From positions 32,001 to 96,000 of IMG/VR virus record IMGVR_UViG_3300028837_000933: a stretch of DNA of 64,000 nucleotides; one strand, written 5' to 3'. Both the position numbers and the translations under genes were made by a program. How positions within the stretch are numbered: position 1 is the first letter of the stretch; each line of letters begins with the position of its first letter. Under the pieces are notes generated by a model, which worked only from the letters and a program-made list of their open reading frames with translations, was not told the origin of the DNA and searched no databases. Below, in pieces: positions 20,316-30,268 of the stretch. The stretch comes from a virus.

Positions 20316-21605
20316 TCAGTCAGCCACCTTTACTGCCGCGTAGTAAAACGGAGCGCTCGATGTAGCGGTAGTGATATAGCAGTTCAAGGTAAATCCATCC
20401 TCATCCATCGACTTGAATGAAAACGCTTGCTGTGAAACACCTGCTGGCGACATTATCTGGAAACATCTGTTAGTATGAGCGATCCTGGAACCAACCGATG
20501 GTCCTATGCCATTACTCCCGGCAGCATTAGTAGCGAATTGATTACCATTCGCATCCATGAATCCGAGGCCCATCTGCCCTTGACCGTTCCAGTGTATATC
20601 ACGAGCACCGTAATGACCTCCGAAGATCACAAAGTCCGGTTGGAATCCGACACCAGTTACTTGCCATGTACTTGGGAAACCACCGCCGGTGGACCAAACG
20701 GCTCCCTTGATATTCGCTGGTCCGCCGTCAAGACAGAGCGCATGATAACCGTAGGCGTAACCAGGGCTTATTGTCTCATTGATGGTAAATCCATCACTGT
20801 CAAGCGTATTGCAGTTGATAAGTGCTCTCGTACCAGGAGCTGGAGTAGGACTGGCCATACACGCAAATGACCATGTGGAATTGCGGCTGTTCCCTCTCGG
20901 ACCCCACGGACTAACCTGGTGATTGTTGCACTCTGAAACAGACCAATGGCCACCGCTACCGGCCTCAAAACCGACTGAAGCGTACATCGTTGTTCGTGTA
21001 CCAGTGGTAGAATTGTAGATGCCACCACCTAGGTTGAGCAGGATGTTTTCTGGCTGGAATCCAACACCCGTGATCCCAAGGGTGCCTACACTCCCGCGGG
21101 ATAGATACTGTTTTATGAATCTCTCTGCTATATCCGAGCTTCTAAACGCTAGGTAGCCAAAGTATTCGTTGTTGCCACTTATAGTGTCCCAAGTGATAGT
21201 GAAACCATTATTATCGAAGGACTTGATCTTGCCGCGGCTACGGTTTGTACCATCCCAGTAGAATGTGTAGAAGCAATAAGTAGCAGTTAGGCCAGCTCGC
21301 GAGTCCGCCGCTCCTATTGCAGCACCATGCTCAAAGGACCATGACTGCCCAGATTGATAGATTGTCTCACTCGTACTACGACAAGCCATGCCTATTGAGT
21401 TGACATGGTGATTCACAGCAGAGCCAAGTGTAGACACGGCGCTACCAATACACAGGATAACCTGCGGTTTGAATCCAAGAGTTGATATGGCCTGGTCGCC
21501 AGTCGAGGACGGTTCCTGGAAGCTACCGACCTCAACCTGCCCGCCGCCAGCAGCTTCTTCCTCGGCGTACAGTAGTGCCCGTCTAGGACCTGTCAGTAGT
21601 GGCAT
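20316..21605 (-). CDS. Putative virion fibre/receptor-binding protein
   Basis: Three repeats of (T/S)GVGFQP...DGFT(I/L)N; lower GC than flanking genes; start MPLLTGPRRALL. Confidence 0.55.
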   Translation of the reverse strand: MPLLTGPRRALLYAEEEAAGGGQVEVGSFQEPSSTGDQAISTLGFKPQVILCIGSAVSTLGSAVNHHVNSIGMACRSTSETIYQSGQSWSFEHGAAIGAADSRAGLTATYCFYTFYWDGTNRSRGKIKSFDNNGFTITWDTISGNNEYFGYLAFRSSDIAERFIKQYLSRGSVGTLGITGVGFQPENILLNLGGGIYNSTTGTRTTMYASVGFEAGSGGHWSVSECNNHQVSPWGPRGNSRNSTWSFACMASPTPAPGTRALINCNTLDSDGFTINETISPGYAYGYHALCLDGGPANIKGAVWSTGGGFPSTWQVTGVGFQPDFVIFGGHYGARDIHWNGQGQMGLGFMDANGNQFATNAAGSNGIGPSVGSRIAHTNRCFQIMSPAGVSQQAFSFKSMDEDGFTLNCYITTATSSAPFYYAAVKVAD

Positions 21606-21640
21606 CGTTCCTTCGCGTTTCACTCTTCATGTCGCTTTGC

Positions 21641-22975
21641 TCAACCGTGAATCAAGTGCATGGCCAACTCTGGGCCGTAGTTTCCATTGGTCAGCATGTT
21701 CATCTGCGAACCAGCGCTCTGGTACGTCCACGCCTCTATGTACTGGCCCGCTGTCATTTCGTACTGTGTGGCGAGCGCACCATACCCGTAGCCGGCAGGC
21801 GTTGTGTCGAGTTGTGAGATGACAGTAGAGCCCCCGAGCCTTATCTGGTATCGCCGGAGCCCGGTCAGCACATAGGCCCAGTGACCGGAAAAAGTGATGA
21901 TGTACGTGCCATCATAAGGCGCATACATGCGACTGTTGTTGGTGGCTGTATCATGGAAGGGAGCGGCAGCCCAATCCCATCTCTCGCTGTTGAGTTCGAC
22001 AGGTTCCCAAGAATTATGCTGTACGGCCTGCTGTGCATTGTGGTACGCCCTGCATCCAACATTCCCCAGCTTCTCCATCATAAAGGCTGGAGTAGCATAA
22101 CCTATGGACATGACTAGAGGATTGCCGGGGCCAGATGTCTCCATGTTCATCAGTTCCACATAGTCGCCAACACCCAGATAGTAGATCGTGGGCACAGAGA
22201 ATGTGGTGGCATCCCAATAGGCGGCCGGCTGATGGTGTACGGCCAGGAAGGTAGTACCATTCAGCCGAACCCCCAAGTAACGAGATGACCAATAATCGTT
22301 TTGAAACTCCGCATTCCCTATGACTAGGTAGAAGCCTGCCGTTTGCGCTGTCAACCTTGAATTGTTGGTTACTGGATCATGGATACCATCGGTGTCCCAT
22401 TCAGAGACATTGAGGGCAGTCGGTCCCCACACCCCCGCCCCAGCTGCCTGGTTACTTCCGTGCCACGCACCTGCACCGATGCCCCCCACGAGTTTCACGG
22501 CCGCAAACTCAGGCCCCTGCTGAGCCGTAGACTCGAGATCGATGTTCGTTGTAGCGTTCTGGAACACCTGATAATAGGCGTACTCATCTTGGGTGAAGGG
22601 ATAGATACGACTGAACTGCTGGCGTGAACAGTGTGATCCCCCCCTGGTTCGTAGCCTCGCAATCAGGGTAGGGTCGCCAGTTTGGATGTGCGAGTACCTA
22701 GTGTTGCTACTAACTTCCTCCCAGTCGTTGTTAGCCCAAAGGAAGTACCGACCAGTTTCGGGCATGGTCAGTCGGTGATTGTTCGTCACCAGATCGTGCA
22801 TGTTGTACGGATCTGTGCCACGCTCACTGTTGAGTGCAACGGTTGTCATCGTGTTTTTCACGATTTCAACAGTAGTGTCGTGATAGGCGCGGACATGCGG
22901 CACGGGAGGAAAAGCATAGTCCTCTTCCTCGCCGGGATCCAGCAATGCCCGCCTAGGCCCTGTGCGCAATGGCAC
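21641..22975 (-). CDS. Putative virion protein with three C1q/TNF-like beta domains
   Basis: Three repeats of W..HD..TNN.R(L/M)..P..G.Y ... G.Y(V/I)E; start MPLRTGPRRALL. Confidence 0.6.
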   Translation of the reverse strand: MPLRTGPRRALLDPGEEEDYAFPPVPHVRAYHDTTVEIVKNTMTTVALNSERGTDPYNMHDLVTNNHRLTMPETGRYFLWANNDWEEVSSNTRYSHIQTGDPTLIARLRTRGGSHCSRQQFSRIYPFTQDEYAYYQVFQNATTNIDLESTAQQGPEFAAVKLVGGIGAGAWHGSNQAAGAGVWGPTALNVSEWDTDGIHDPVTNNSRLTAQTAGFYLVIGNAEFQNDYWSSRYLGVRLNGTTFLAVHHQPAAYWDATTFSVPTIYYLGVGDYVELMNMETSGPGNPLVMSIGYATPAFMMEKLGNVGCRAYHNAQQAVQHNSWEPVELNSERWDWAAAPFHDTATNNSRMYAPYDGTYIITFSGHWAYVLTGLRRYQIRLGGSTVISQLDTTPAGYGYGALATQYEMTAGQYIEAWTYQSAGSQMNMLTNGNYGPELAMHLIHG

Positions 22976-22980
22976 GGTTT

Positions 22981-23634
22981 CTATCCGTGGTCCTGCATGA
23001 AGTAGAGCCGGATAACGAGACCGTCTGCTGCATACGTCTCGGTGCCCTGGCTCACTCCAGCTAGGTAGAGGTTGTCAACGGCGCTGTCTGCCATCATTCC
23101 CATGCCAACGTTGGGCAGTGGAACGTAGGTCTGATCACCGATGTCGATGTAATCGTCCCCTACTATTTGGATGTAATGGAGCACATCGACAGCTTCGGCG
23201 TCACTCATTGATAGGGCAGCATTGGCCGCGCCGACATTGACGTTGCTGGCAAGCAGGATTAGATCAAAGTCGCCACTGACCTTGCCTTTGTCGAGAACAC
23301 TGATGGAATGCAGGGCGGCGGTTCCGCCATTGGCCCTCACAGCATCGGTGAGAGTCACTGTCGCGAACAGGACATCTCCGACTGCATACGCTCCTGTGTC
23401 AAGCGTTGGCGTCATCTCAAACCCTTTGCCGGGCGTGGCGACAGGCACATCGGTCTGGTCGCTGGCGATGACGGTCGGGAGCGAACTGGCCATGGCTGCC
23501 TGGCCTTTGAGTTCGTTGCCGTCACTGTCGACCAGCACAAGGGGCTGGATCATCTTCCCCCCACCGGTTAGGTAGGTAAGAAAATCATCACCCGATGAAT
23601 CGTTAGTTCTGGTTACGTCATCTGCTGCTCCCAT
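22981..23634 (-). CDS. Hypothetical virion-associated protein
   Basis: AAGGAG SD; acidic, beta-rich composition. Confidence 0.6.
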   Translation of the reverse strand: MGAADDVTRTNDSSGDDFLTYLTGGGKMIQPLVLVDSDGNELKGQAAMASSLPTVIASDQTDVPVATPGKGFEMTPTLDTGAYAVGDVLFATVTLTDAVRANGGTAALHSISVLDKGKVSGDFDLILLASNVNVGAANAALSMSDAEAVDVLHYIQIVGDDYIDIGDQTYVPLPNVGMGMMADSAVDNLYLAGVSQGTETYAADGLVIRLYFMQDHG

Positions 23635-23646
23635 AGCGTCTCCTTA

Positions 23647-24042
23647 TTAGATGCCTGCTACCCAAACATCGACATCGAAAGAAGTGGGCGAGCCCAGCAC
23701 GTTGTCGATATTCACAAAGACATCCCATCCGTTCACGTCTAGATCCCACACATAATCCCCTTCGAGCAGATCGCTACTGCCGTCCCACTCAAGGATCTGC
23801 CACTGGACGATGGGGGTTTGGGCATCCATCGGCTTGAGCCACACGGTGAGGGTACAAGTCGGCGTTGTCCCCCCGGTGAAGTCGATGCTCGCAACAACGC
23901 GACCGACCTTCTGAAAGCCGGGATTTGCCCAGAACGCCGTGTAAACTGGCGTCCCTACATCGGCTGTAGAAATGCTGTCCCGGTGCAACGTTAGTTCTCC
24001 AGGCGTCACACCAACGGCAACGGTTTGTCTTGGCCTTTCCAT
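23647..24042 (-). CDS. Hypothetical virion-associated protein
   Basis: GGAGGGTG SD; 131 aa, beta-rich. Confidence 0.6.
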   Translation of the reverse strand: MERPRQTVAVGVTPGELTLHRDSISTADVGTPVYTAFWANPGFQKVGRVVASIDFTGGTTPTCTLTVWLKPMDAQTPIVQWQILEWDGSSDLLEGDYVWDLDVNGWDVFVNIDNVLGSPTSFDVDVWVAGI

Positions 24043-24105
24043 GTCACCCTCCTGTTCAATAGCGAGCCCCTACTTACTTCTCGGCTCGGTCCTGCCCCCG
24101 TAATT

Positions 24106-24423
24106 CTAGCCGCCACCGGTTGTTGCGGCCACGAAGATAGCGGGGAGCACGCTCCCCAAAAACTGCAAAATGTCTGGTGCAAGAGCGGCCAGCTTGTCCG
24201 TCAGCTTTTCGGCCTCTTCTTCTCTGTTGTGCTGAATGGCCATGCAAAGCTCCTCGAGCACCCGTGTCTGCGCTGGCGTCTTGGCCATCTTCTTGGCAGT
24301 GCTCCAGGCATCCGCGTACTGTGGCATCGGATATTCCGCCCGGCCTCTGATGTTCAGATCCCGCCCTACAATGTTCCCAGACAAGTCTCCCCCGACATCC
24401 AGTGAATCGATTGTAACGCCCAT
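24106..24423 (-). CDS. Hypothetical protein with N-terminal DVGGDLSGNIVGRD motif
   Basis: GGAGG SD; hydrophobic C-terminus. Confidence 0.6.
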   Translation of the reverse strand: MGVTIDSLDVGGDLSGNIVGRDLNIRGRAEYPMPQYADAWSTAKKMAKTPAQTRVLEELCMAIQHNREEEAEKLTDKLAALAPDILQFLGSVLPAIFVAATTGGG

Positions 24424-24447
24424 CTTGGCCCCCTCCTGTGTTTTGTG

Positions 24448-24807
24448 TTACTCGGTTACGTCTCTCCCGGCTATGTTTCCGGACAGGTCGCCCTCTACGT
24501 CCATATCGGCCACGTGGGTTCCGCCCACGCTGACTGAGATGTCGCGTGCCTGTGATGCTAGGCTGCTCATCTGCTTCTTGTCGTCATCCGCCAGCGCCGC
24601 TAGGTACTGGGCGATAATCGTCAGTGCCGCCTCGAGCCGCTCGGTGATGGTACATTGTCTGAGTTGTAGTTCAAGTACTTGGTCGAGCATCTCGCGCAAG
24701 ATCCGAAAATCCGCACGGCGTTCGGTCTCCAATTGCACCTTTCGTTCCGTGGCTTGGAGGAGGTCTCTCAGGTCCTGAAACTGGTCCGTGTCTTGGTGCT
24801 CTGTCAT
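24448..24807 (-). CDS. Coiled-coil protein with C-terminal DVEGDLSGNIAGRD motif
   Basis: GGAGG SD before MTEHQD at 24807. Confidence 0.6.
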   Translation of the reverse strand: MTEHQDTDQFQDLRDLLQATERKVQLETERRADFRILREMLDQVLELQLRQCTITERLEAALTIIAQYLAALADDDKKQMSSLASQARDISVSVGGTHVADMDVEGDLSGNIAGRDVTE

Positions 24808-25465
24808 TGGCCTCCACGATCCTTTCGTAGCCATGGGCAACGCCGTTGATTGCCTCCATTCTTACCCTGTTTGCTTCAATGAGCTTTTCAACCATCTGGT
24901 GCATACAAACGTCAGTTAGGTACATCGCCACGGCTACGAAGTAGTAGGTAAGAATCGTGTACAGCAACTGCGCTCCTCCCAAGAACCACTCGGCCAGAAA
25001 GATCAGCACCGTCTGAAACGCCAGTACAGGCAAGATAGCCTTGGGGGGTAGCACTGCGCCAGCCACAATCAACGCGACCATAAAGTAGATCAGATACCTG
25101 CCCGAACTCACAGCCTCCGCATCGTGAAGTACCATTATTGACATGGCCAGTAACGTGGCGAGGAAAATCACCGCGCTAGTAGGATACCGCAGACCACTCA
25201 CCAAAAGGCACACCAACACGATTAGTTGCAGCGCCCCCGCAGCCAGCAAAAGCCTCGCCTCCTGCCACGTCTCAGCGCCACTCCCAAAGCGCACCACGGT
25301 CACGATGAGAATGCCCACCGAGAAGACAACTGACCAATGAACGAGCACTCGCAGGAGCGCGAGTTGGCGACTGGCGTGCGTGCTCACTTCCAAACAGGGC
25401 GGCCCTGAAGGAAGGAACCAATTGCGCAACTTACTCCGGACTAAAACATACTCAGGAGGCATCAT
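24671..25465 (-). CDS. Multi-pass membrane protein
   Basis: About 5-6 hydrophobic segments; start MMPPEY just after the upstream stop. Confidence 0.6.
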   Translation of the reverse strand: MMPPEYVLVRSKLRNWFLPSGPPCLEVSTHASRQLALLRVLVHWSVVFSVGILIVTVVRFGSGAETWQEARLLLAAGALQLIVLVCLLVSGLRYPTSAVIFLATLLAMSIMVLHDAEAVSSGRYLIYFMVALIVAGAVLPPKAILPVLAFQTVLIFLAEWFLGGAQLLYTILTYYFVAVAMYLTDVCMHQMVEKLIEANRVRMEAINGVAHGYERIVEANDRAPRHGPVSGPERPPPSHGTKGAIGDRTPCGFSDLARDARPST

Positions 25466-25469
25466 TCCC

Positions 25470-25742
25470 CTACCTCTCTTTACAGTCCACCAAGAACGAG
25501 CGATCGTCTCCACCGCCGCCCGTGAAGGTTACGCGATTGGTCACTCGGTACACCTGCCCAGCTGTCCCACCGCTGATCCAAATCGCGGTCGCCGTATCGC
25601 TGTAGGTCGATGACTCCTCATTCAGACCGGAAGGCATTATCCAGGTGCTTCCACTGAGCGTGTCGCTACCCAGCCAGGTCTCCCAATTGAAACCATAGGG
25701 CAGTTCCGCATCCGGGTCTTTTGGAACAATCGGCAGGGCCAT
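25470..25742 (-). CDS. Putative fibre-to-tail adaptor protein
   Basis: KDPDAELPYGFNWETWL motif, typical of small proteins next to phage fibre genes. Confidence 0.55.
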   Translation of the reverse strand: MALPIVPKDPDAELPYGFNWETWLGSDTLSGSTWIMPSGLNEESSTYSDTATAIWISGGTAGQVYRVTNRVTFTGGGGDDRSFLVDCKER

Positions 25743-25746
25743 GGGT

Positions 25747-28731
25747 CTACCTCACTTCAAACACACGGATCTCAGCCGGCACATCGAAGACGCGAAGTTC
25801 AGCCGGCACAAGGAAATAATCGGCCACGTTCATCAATAAGAGCGGAACAGTATCAGGCGTCACGCTCGCGGCGTGTATCAGGGCTGCAAAGTTTGCCTCC
25901 CCCACGGTGAGAACCACGTCATCGGGCGTGCTCGAGACAGCGCTCAGCACTGCGGCTAGGTTCGTTGCTAGGTCCAGATTAGCTGTCGGCGTGGTCGACT
26001 GAGCGGCAATGATAGCCGCCATGCGGAAGATGATCCCCAGCATGGCAGTATCGGGAGTGATGGACCCCGTGGCTATCGCTGCGACATAGGCTCTAGTAAC
26101 CGCCAGCACTACCGTATCGGGCGTGCTGCTGTCAACACCAACCGCCGCGGCTATCGGCAGCACCAGCCCCAGGATCGCATCGGGCGTTGTCGAAACCGCA
26201 TCCAAGGACGCCGTCATCGCCATGACGGCGGTCATGTCTACTGTGTCGGGCGTAGTCGATGCAGCCTCCAGCGATGCGACCATCTCCCGGCTAACTGCCA
26301 ATGGCACCGTGTCGGGCGTTGTGGTCGCGCTATCCAGAGCCGCCGCGAATGACTTGATGATGTCCAGCGAAATGTTGTCGGGCGTGGTGGATGCGGCCAA
26401 AATCAGCGCATCATCGAAACTCGGTTGTCGGTCGAGCGATGCAGTATCAGGCGTTGTTGAGACTGCGTCCAGGGAAGCCGTCATCTTCATGACGGCAGTC
26501 ATGTCTACGGTGTCGGGCGTGGTGGAAACCGCGGCAATGGTGGCCGCGAAAAGAATATCAGCCTCCACGTCCAGTTCCACGGTGTCGGGCGTGGTGGAAG
26601 CCGTATCGATGGCAGCGGAGTACTTCCTGGACACAGCCAGTTCAAACGTGTCGGGTGTGGTTGACACCGCATCCAGGGACGCGACCATCTCCCGGCTAAC
26701 TGCCAATGGCACCGTGTCCGGCGTGGTCGTGGCCGTGTCGATGGACGCAACCAAGCTCGGTTGTCGGTCGAGCGCAACGGTATCCGGTGTGGTCGATGCG
26801 GCTACCGCTGATGCGGCCAGTTCGCAGAACACATCCAGGACTACGCTGTCCGGTGTCGTGCTGGCGGTGTCGATGGTAGCCGCGTACTCGCGAGTGACGG
26901 CCAGCGGCACCGTGTCGGGCGTGGTTGATACAGCCGCCAGGATCGCATCCAGTTCGCAGAACACATCCAGGACTACAACGTCCGGTGTGGTGCTCGCGGC
27001 AGCGGCCAGGGCCGCGAAGGTCTTTATGATCGTCAGCTCGACCGTGTCGGGCGTGGTGGAAGCCGTATCGATGGAAGCCGCGAGCTTCCTGGACACAGTC
27101 AGTTCAAACGCATCGGGTGTGGTGGATGCGGCCAAAATCAGTGCATCATCGAAACTCGGTTGTCTGTCGAGAGAGACCGTGTCCGGCGTGGTCGTGGCCG
27201 TATCGATGGCGGCCGCGAGTTTCCTTGTAATTGCCAAGGTAACGGCATCGGGAGTGGTGGAAACGGACGCCAGGATCGCATCCATCTCCACGAACACGTC
27301 CAGTTCCACGGTGTCGGGTGTCGTGCTGGCGGTGTCGATGGTAGCCGCGTACTCGCGAGTGACGGCCAGCGGCACCGTATCGGGTGTGGTTGAAACGGCC
27401 GCCAGCGTGGCATCCAGTTCGCAGAACACGTCCAGGACTACAACGTCTGGGGTTGTAGTCGCGGCAGCGGCGAGGGCTGCGAAGGTCTTTATGATCGTCA
27501 GTTCGGCGGTGTCGGGTGTTGTGGATGCGGCCAAAATCACCGCGTCATCGAAACTCGGTTGCCGATCGAGCGATGCGGTATCAGGCGTTGTTGAGACTGC
27601 GTCTAATGAAGCCGCAAACTCAATGGTGGCCGTGAGACCAACGTTATCGGGTGTGGTTGACGCTGCATCCAGTGTAGCGGCCAGTTCGATCACGGCGGTC
27701 AGGGCTACGGTGTCGGGCGTAGTCGATGCAGCCTCCAACGATGCGACCATCTCCCGGCTAACTGCCAATGGCACCGTGTCGGGTGTAGTCGCAGCCGCAT
27801 CGATGGCAGCCACGAACTCCCTAGTGACCGCCAGGGGCACGGTGTCGGGCGTGGTCGAAGCTGCGGTGATGACAGCCACGTACTCGCGCTGCACCGCCAG
27901 GGCTACGGTGGTAGGCGTAGTCGAAACAGCTGCACAGACCGCTGAGAAGTTGACATCCTGCCCAACATCCTCGTACAGCGCAGTGATCGCGCCTACCCAC
28001 TCAGAAGAAGAGGAGATCGTACCCGTGACCGTGTCGCCTGTTAGGGCCGTGGCCAGTCGGTACTCCAGCTGAACGGCCACGTTGGATTCGCCGGCGCCTG
28101 CTGTGCCCGACCCGATCGGTGTCCCTAGGTTGGTGTAATCGGCATCTGCGGAGACCGTGACGTTCGTCTTGTTCTGGATGCCCGTCACGTGCAGCATCAA
28201 GTAGTCGCGCTCGGTTAGACTGCTGATGGTCGTGCTTACACTGGTTCCGCTACCATTGGAGCCAGTATCAGCCTCTTCGGTAACGCTTCCAGCCGTGGAG
28301 AACTCCCAGACGCCGATCGCCCGTGCGTAGCAGCTGTGGTGCGTACCCGTGACGGTATCGCTGGCCGCGGTGGTCAGCGCGGTTGTCAGTTCGCTCATCC
28401 AGAGGCTGACGGTCACGCCATCGTTGGCAGAGCCAGATGACCGCGTCCACTCTACGAGTTTTGTGTAGGCGTTGGACTGGTCATCCTGGACCTGCGTGTG
28501 ATCCGTACTGGCACCGCTGGTGGTTGTGTTGTTGTCGGTGACGAGAACAACGATCGCAAGGTCTCCGACCGCTATGTCTGCTGTTACATCGACAGCAGAA
28601 GTAGTGCCGGTGGACCTAAATCCTGCGCCTCCTCGTTCTCCTTGGTAAGCAAATGCCATTTTCTTCGGTTTCTTGGGCTTCTTCGGTTTTTTAGGCTTTT
28701 TCTCCTCGGTGCGACCGAGTGGCGCCCACAT
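25747..28731 (-). CDS. Long repetitive virion fibre-like protein (start may be 28659)
   Basis: 994 aa; N-terminal beta domain followed by about 32 copies of a ~22-aa STTPD repeat. Confidence 0.7.
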   Translation of the reverse strand: MWAPLGRTEEKKPKKPKKPKKPKKMAFAYQGERGGAGFRSTGTTSAVDVTADIAVGDLAIVVLVTDNNTTTSGASTDHTQVQDDQSNAYTKLVEWTRSSGSANDGVTVSLWMSELTTALTTAASDTVTGTHHSCYARAIGVWEFSTAGSVTEEADTGSNGSGTSVSTTISSLTERDYLMLHVTGIQNKTNVTVSADADYTNLGTPIGSGTAGAGESNVAVQLEYRLATALTGDTVTGTISSSSEWVGAITALYEDVGQDVNFSAVCAAVSTTPTTVALAVQREYVAVITAASTTPDTVPLAVTREFVAAIDAAATTPDTVPLAVSREMVASLEAASTTPDTVALTAVIELAATLDAASTTPDNVGLTATIEFAASLDAVSTTPDTASLDRQPSFDDAVILAASTTPDTAELTIIKTFAALAAAATTTPDVVVLDVFCELDATLAAVSTTPDTVPLAVTREYAATIDTASTTPDTVELDVFVEMDAILASVSTTPDAVTLAITRKLAAAIDTATTTPDTVSLDRQPSFDDALILAASTTPDAFELTVSRKLAASIDTASTTPDTVELTIIKTFAALAAAASTTPDVVVLDVFCELDAILAAVSTTPDTVPLAVTREYAATIDTASTTPDSVVLDVFCELAASAVAASTTPDTVALDRQPSLVASIDTATTTPDTVPLAVSREMVASLDAVSTTPDTFELAVSRKYSAAIDTASTTPDTVELDVEADILFAATIAAVSTTPDTVDMTAVMKMTASLDAVSTTPDTASLDRQPSFDDALILAASTTPDNISLDIIKSFAAALDSATTTPDTVPLAVSREMVASLEAASTTPDTVDMTAVMAMTASLDAVSTTPDAILGLVLPIAAAVGVDSSTPDTVVLAVTRAYVAAIATGSITPDTAMLGIIFRMAAIIAAQSTTPTANLDLATNLAAVLSAVSSTPDDVVLTVGEANFAALIHAASVTPDTVPLLLMNVADYFLVPAELRVFDVPAEIRVFEVR
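25850..27930 (-). repeat. Coding tandem repeat, ~66-nt unit (S/T-T-T-P-D)
   Basis: 32 TP-containing units counted by hand in the translation. Confidence 0.85.
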
Positions 28732-28869
28732 GCCTTATAGCCATACCTTTATCCCCCCCAGGAAGGCATGGCGCATCGGCCAGGGCTTACCGCATTGGAA
28801 AACCCTGGCCAGTCCAAGGACTTGCGCCTACCAATTGATGTGTATCCATGCCCAGCCTCCTTGTCGGAA

Positions 28870-29688
28870 CTAGGACATGGTGATGTCGAGATCCCCCGCG
28901 GGGAACTTTGCAGTGTCCCCGTTGTCAACGGCCTGATCGGTCATGCCGTTGTCATAGAAAAGGAGATCCCCGGCCGTCACGGCCGAACAGATGGCCACGG
29001 CTATGATGGTTCCCCAGTTGGCGGTGGCGGTGGTGAAGGTGATGTCATCGTTGTTGTCCACCAATCCAGCAGCGGCATTGTTCCAATCCGGTGCGGCTCC
29101 GCCATTCGGAGTCACTTGCTCCCTGGCGTACGAGCCACCACTGGGCTCGGTGATCGTGGAACCCGTCATACCGTCCGTGACCGGGTTCGTGATGATCAAG
29201 GCCACGTAGGTGTCGGGCGCCGCGTACGCCTGGTTGCGGAACATCAGATCCAGAAGGTCGATGCACAGGCTGTCGGAGATTTCGCCGGCGCTGAAGGTGA
29301 CATCGATCTCGCCGGAGGCGATGGATGGCGTGTTCCCGCTGACGATCGACTTGCCGGACGCGAACTGTCCGTGGGCGAGCATGTTTCCAGTCCCATGCGC
29401 ACTGGCGTCCACAATCGCCCAGTGGGTAACGGTTCCCCAGGAGCCCGTGGCCTCGGGGAACGTCACCGCGCCCGTCTGGTCCACGGCACGGCTGGCCGCA
29501 GCGGCAAACGTAATGGCGGTTCGGGCGTAGGAGCCCGAGTCGGCGCACTCGCTCATCGAGGCGCCCGTACCCGCATCCGTTGGGTCTGCGGTACAGAGCG
29601 CCACATACACTGTGGCAACGGGGCTGTACGCCGCGTTGCACACATGGTCGAGCAACTCAAGTTCTGCGTAGTCTGAAAGGCTTCCCAT
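28870..29688 (-). CDS. Fibre/collar-associated virion protein (duplicated domain)
   Basis: Two copies of LLD..YVAL....SYAR....ITF..AT..WGT(V/I). Confidence 0.65.
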   Translation of the reverse strand: MGSLSDYAELELLDHVCNAAYSPVATVYVALCTADPTDAGTGASMSECADSGSYARTAITFAAAASRAVDQTGAVTFPEATGSWGTVTHWAIVDASAHGTGNMLAHGQFASGKSIVSGNTPSIASGEIDVTFSAGEISDSLCIDLLDLMFRNQAYAAPDTYVALIITNPVTDGMTGSTITEPSGGSYAREQVTPNGGAAPDWNNAAAGLVDNNDDITFTTATANWGTIIAVAICSAVTAGDLLFYDNGMTDQAVDNGDTAKFPAGDLDITMS

Positions 29689-29740
29689 TGTCTAGTCCTC
29701 CCTCTTATGATGGAAGCTACCTGAAAATCGCGTTGGAAGC

Positions 29741-29953
29741 TCAGCGCTTCCTCTTGCGTTTGCGTCTCTTGCCAATCTTCCTCATCTTCTTGGCGAAGGA
29801 CGCTCTTTGCCGGGTCTTCCGGCTCCGGCTCTTGAGACCTTTCGCGATGCAGGCGTTGGTCACGCCTCCGTAGCCCTGCCGCTTACAGTACGCCGTGAAG
29901 GCCCCTGGTTTCTTTACGGCACCTTGAATCCACTTCTTCTTTTTCTTGGCCAC
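29741..29953 (-). CDS. Small highly basic protein
   Basis: AGGAGGT SD and GTG start; reads KKKKKWIQGAVKKPGAF...RRKRKRKR. Confidence 0.65.
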   Translation of the reverse strand: MAKKKKKWIQGAVKKPGAFTAYCKRQGYGGVTNACIAKGLKSRSRKTRQRASFAKKMRKIGKRRKRKRKR

Positions 29954-29964
29954 CGTGTACCTCC

Positions 29965-30262
29965 TAGCTGAAACAAACGACTGGCTCCCTCGCTAGGCGA
30001 CCAACGCGACAGGGCCGCGTGCCCTATGGCACCCGGCCTATACCTTACAGAGAATGAAAGGATTTTGCACTGGGACGCACTGAAAGGCGGGCTTGTTCGG
30101 CCCGCTTCTCAAGCTCGTCACAGCACTCCAGGGCCATCTATCGACATACCGCACGGTCCCTCCCGATGTGCGAAGTGAGCCGGCGACCGTCTGGACTGCC
30201 TGTGACGGTGTGGTAGTGTGACGACCTTTCGGTCGCCGGCTCGCACTAATTCCCCACTAGGG
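29965..30262 (-). ncRNA. Candidate structured intergenic RNA
   Basis: ~300-nt gap with a 13-bp perfect stem (30177-30189/30230-30242), a GAAA tetraloop hairpin and further stems. Confidence 0.3.
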
Positions 30263-30268
30263 GAGGAA

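Noticed and set aside
20316-22975. Diversity-generating retroelement targeting the fibre genes
   Set aside because: No reverse transcriptase and no TR/VR pair noticed.
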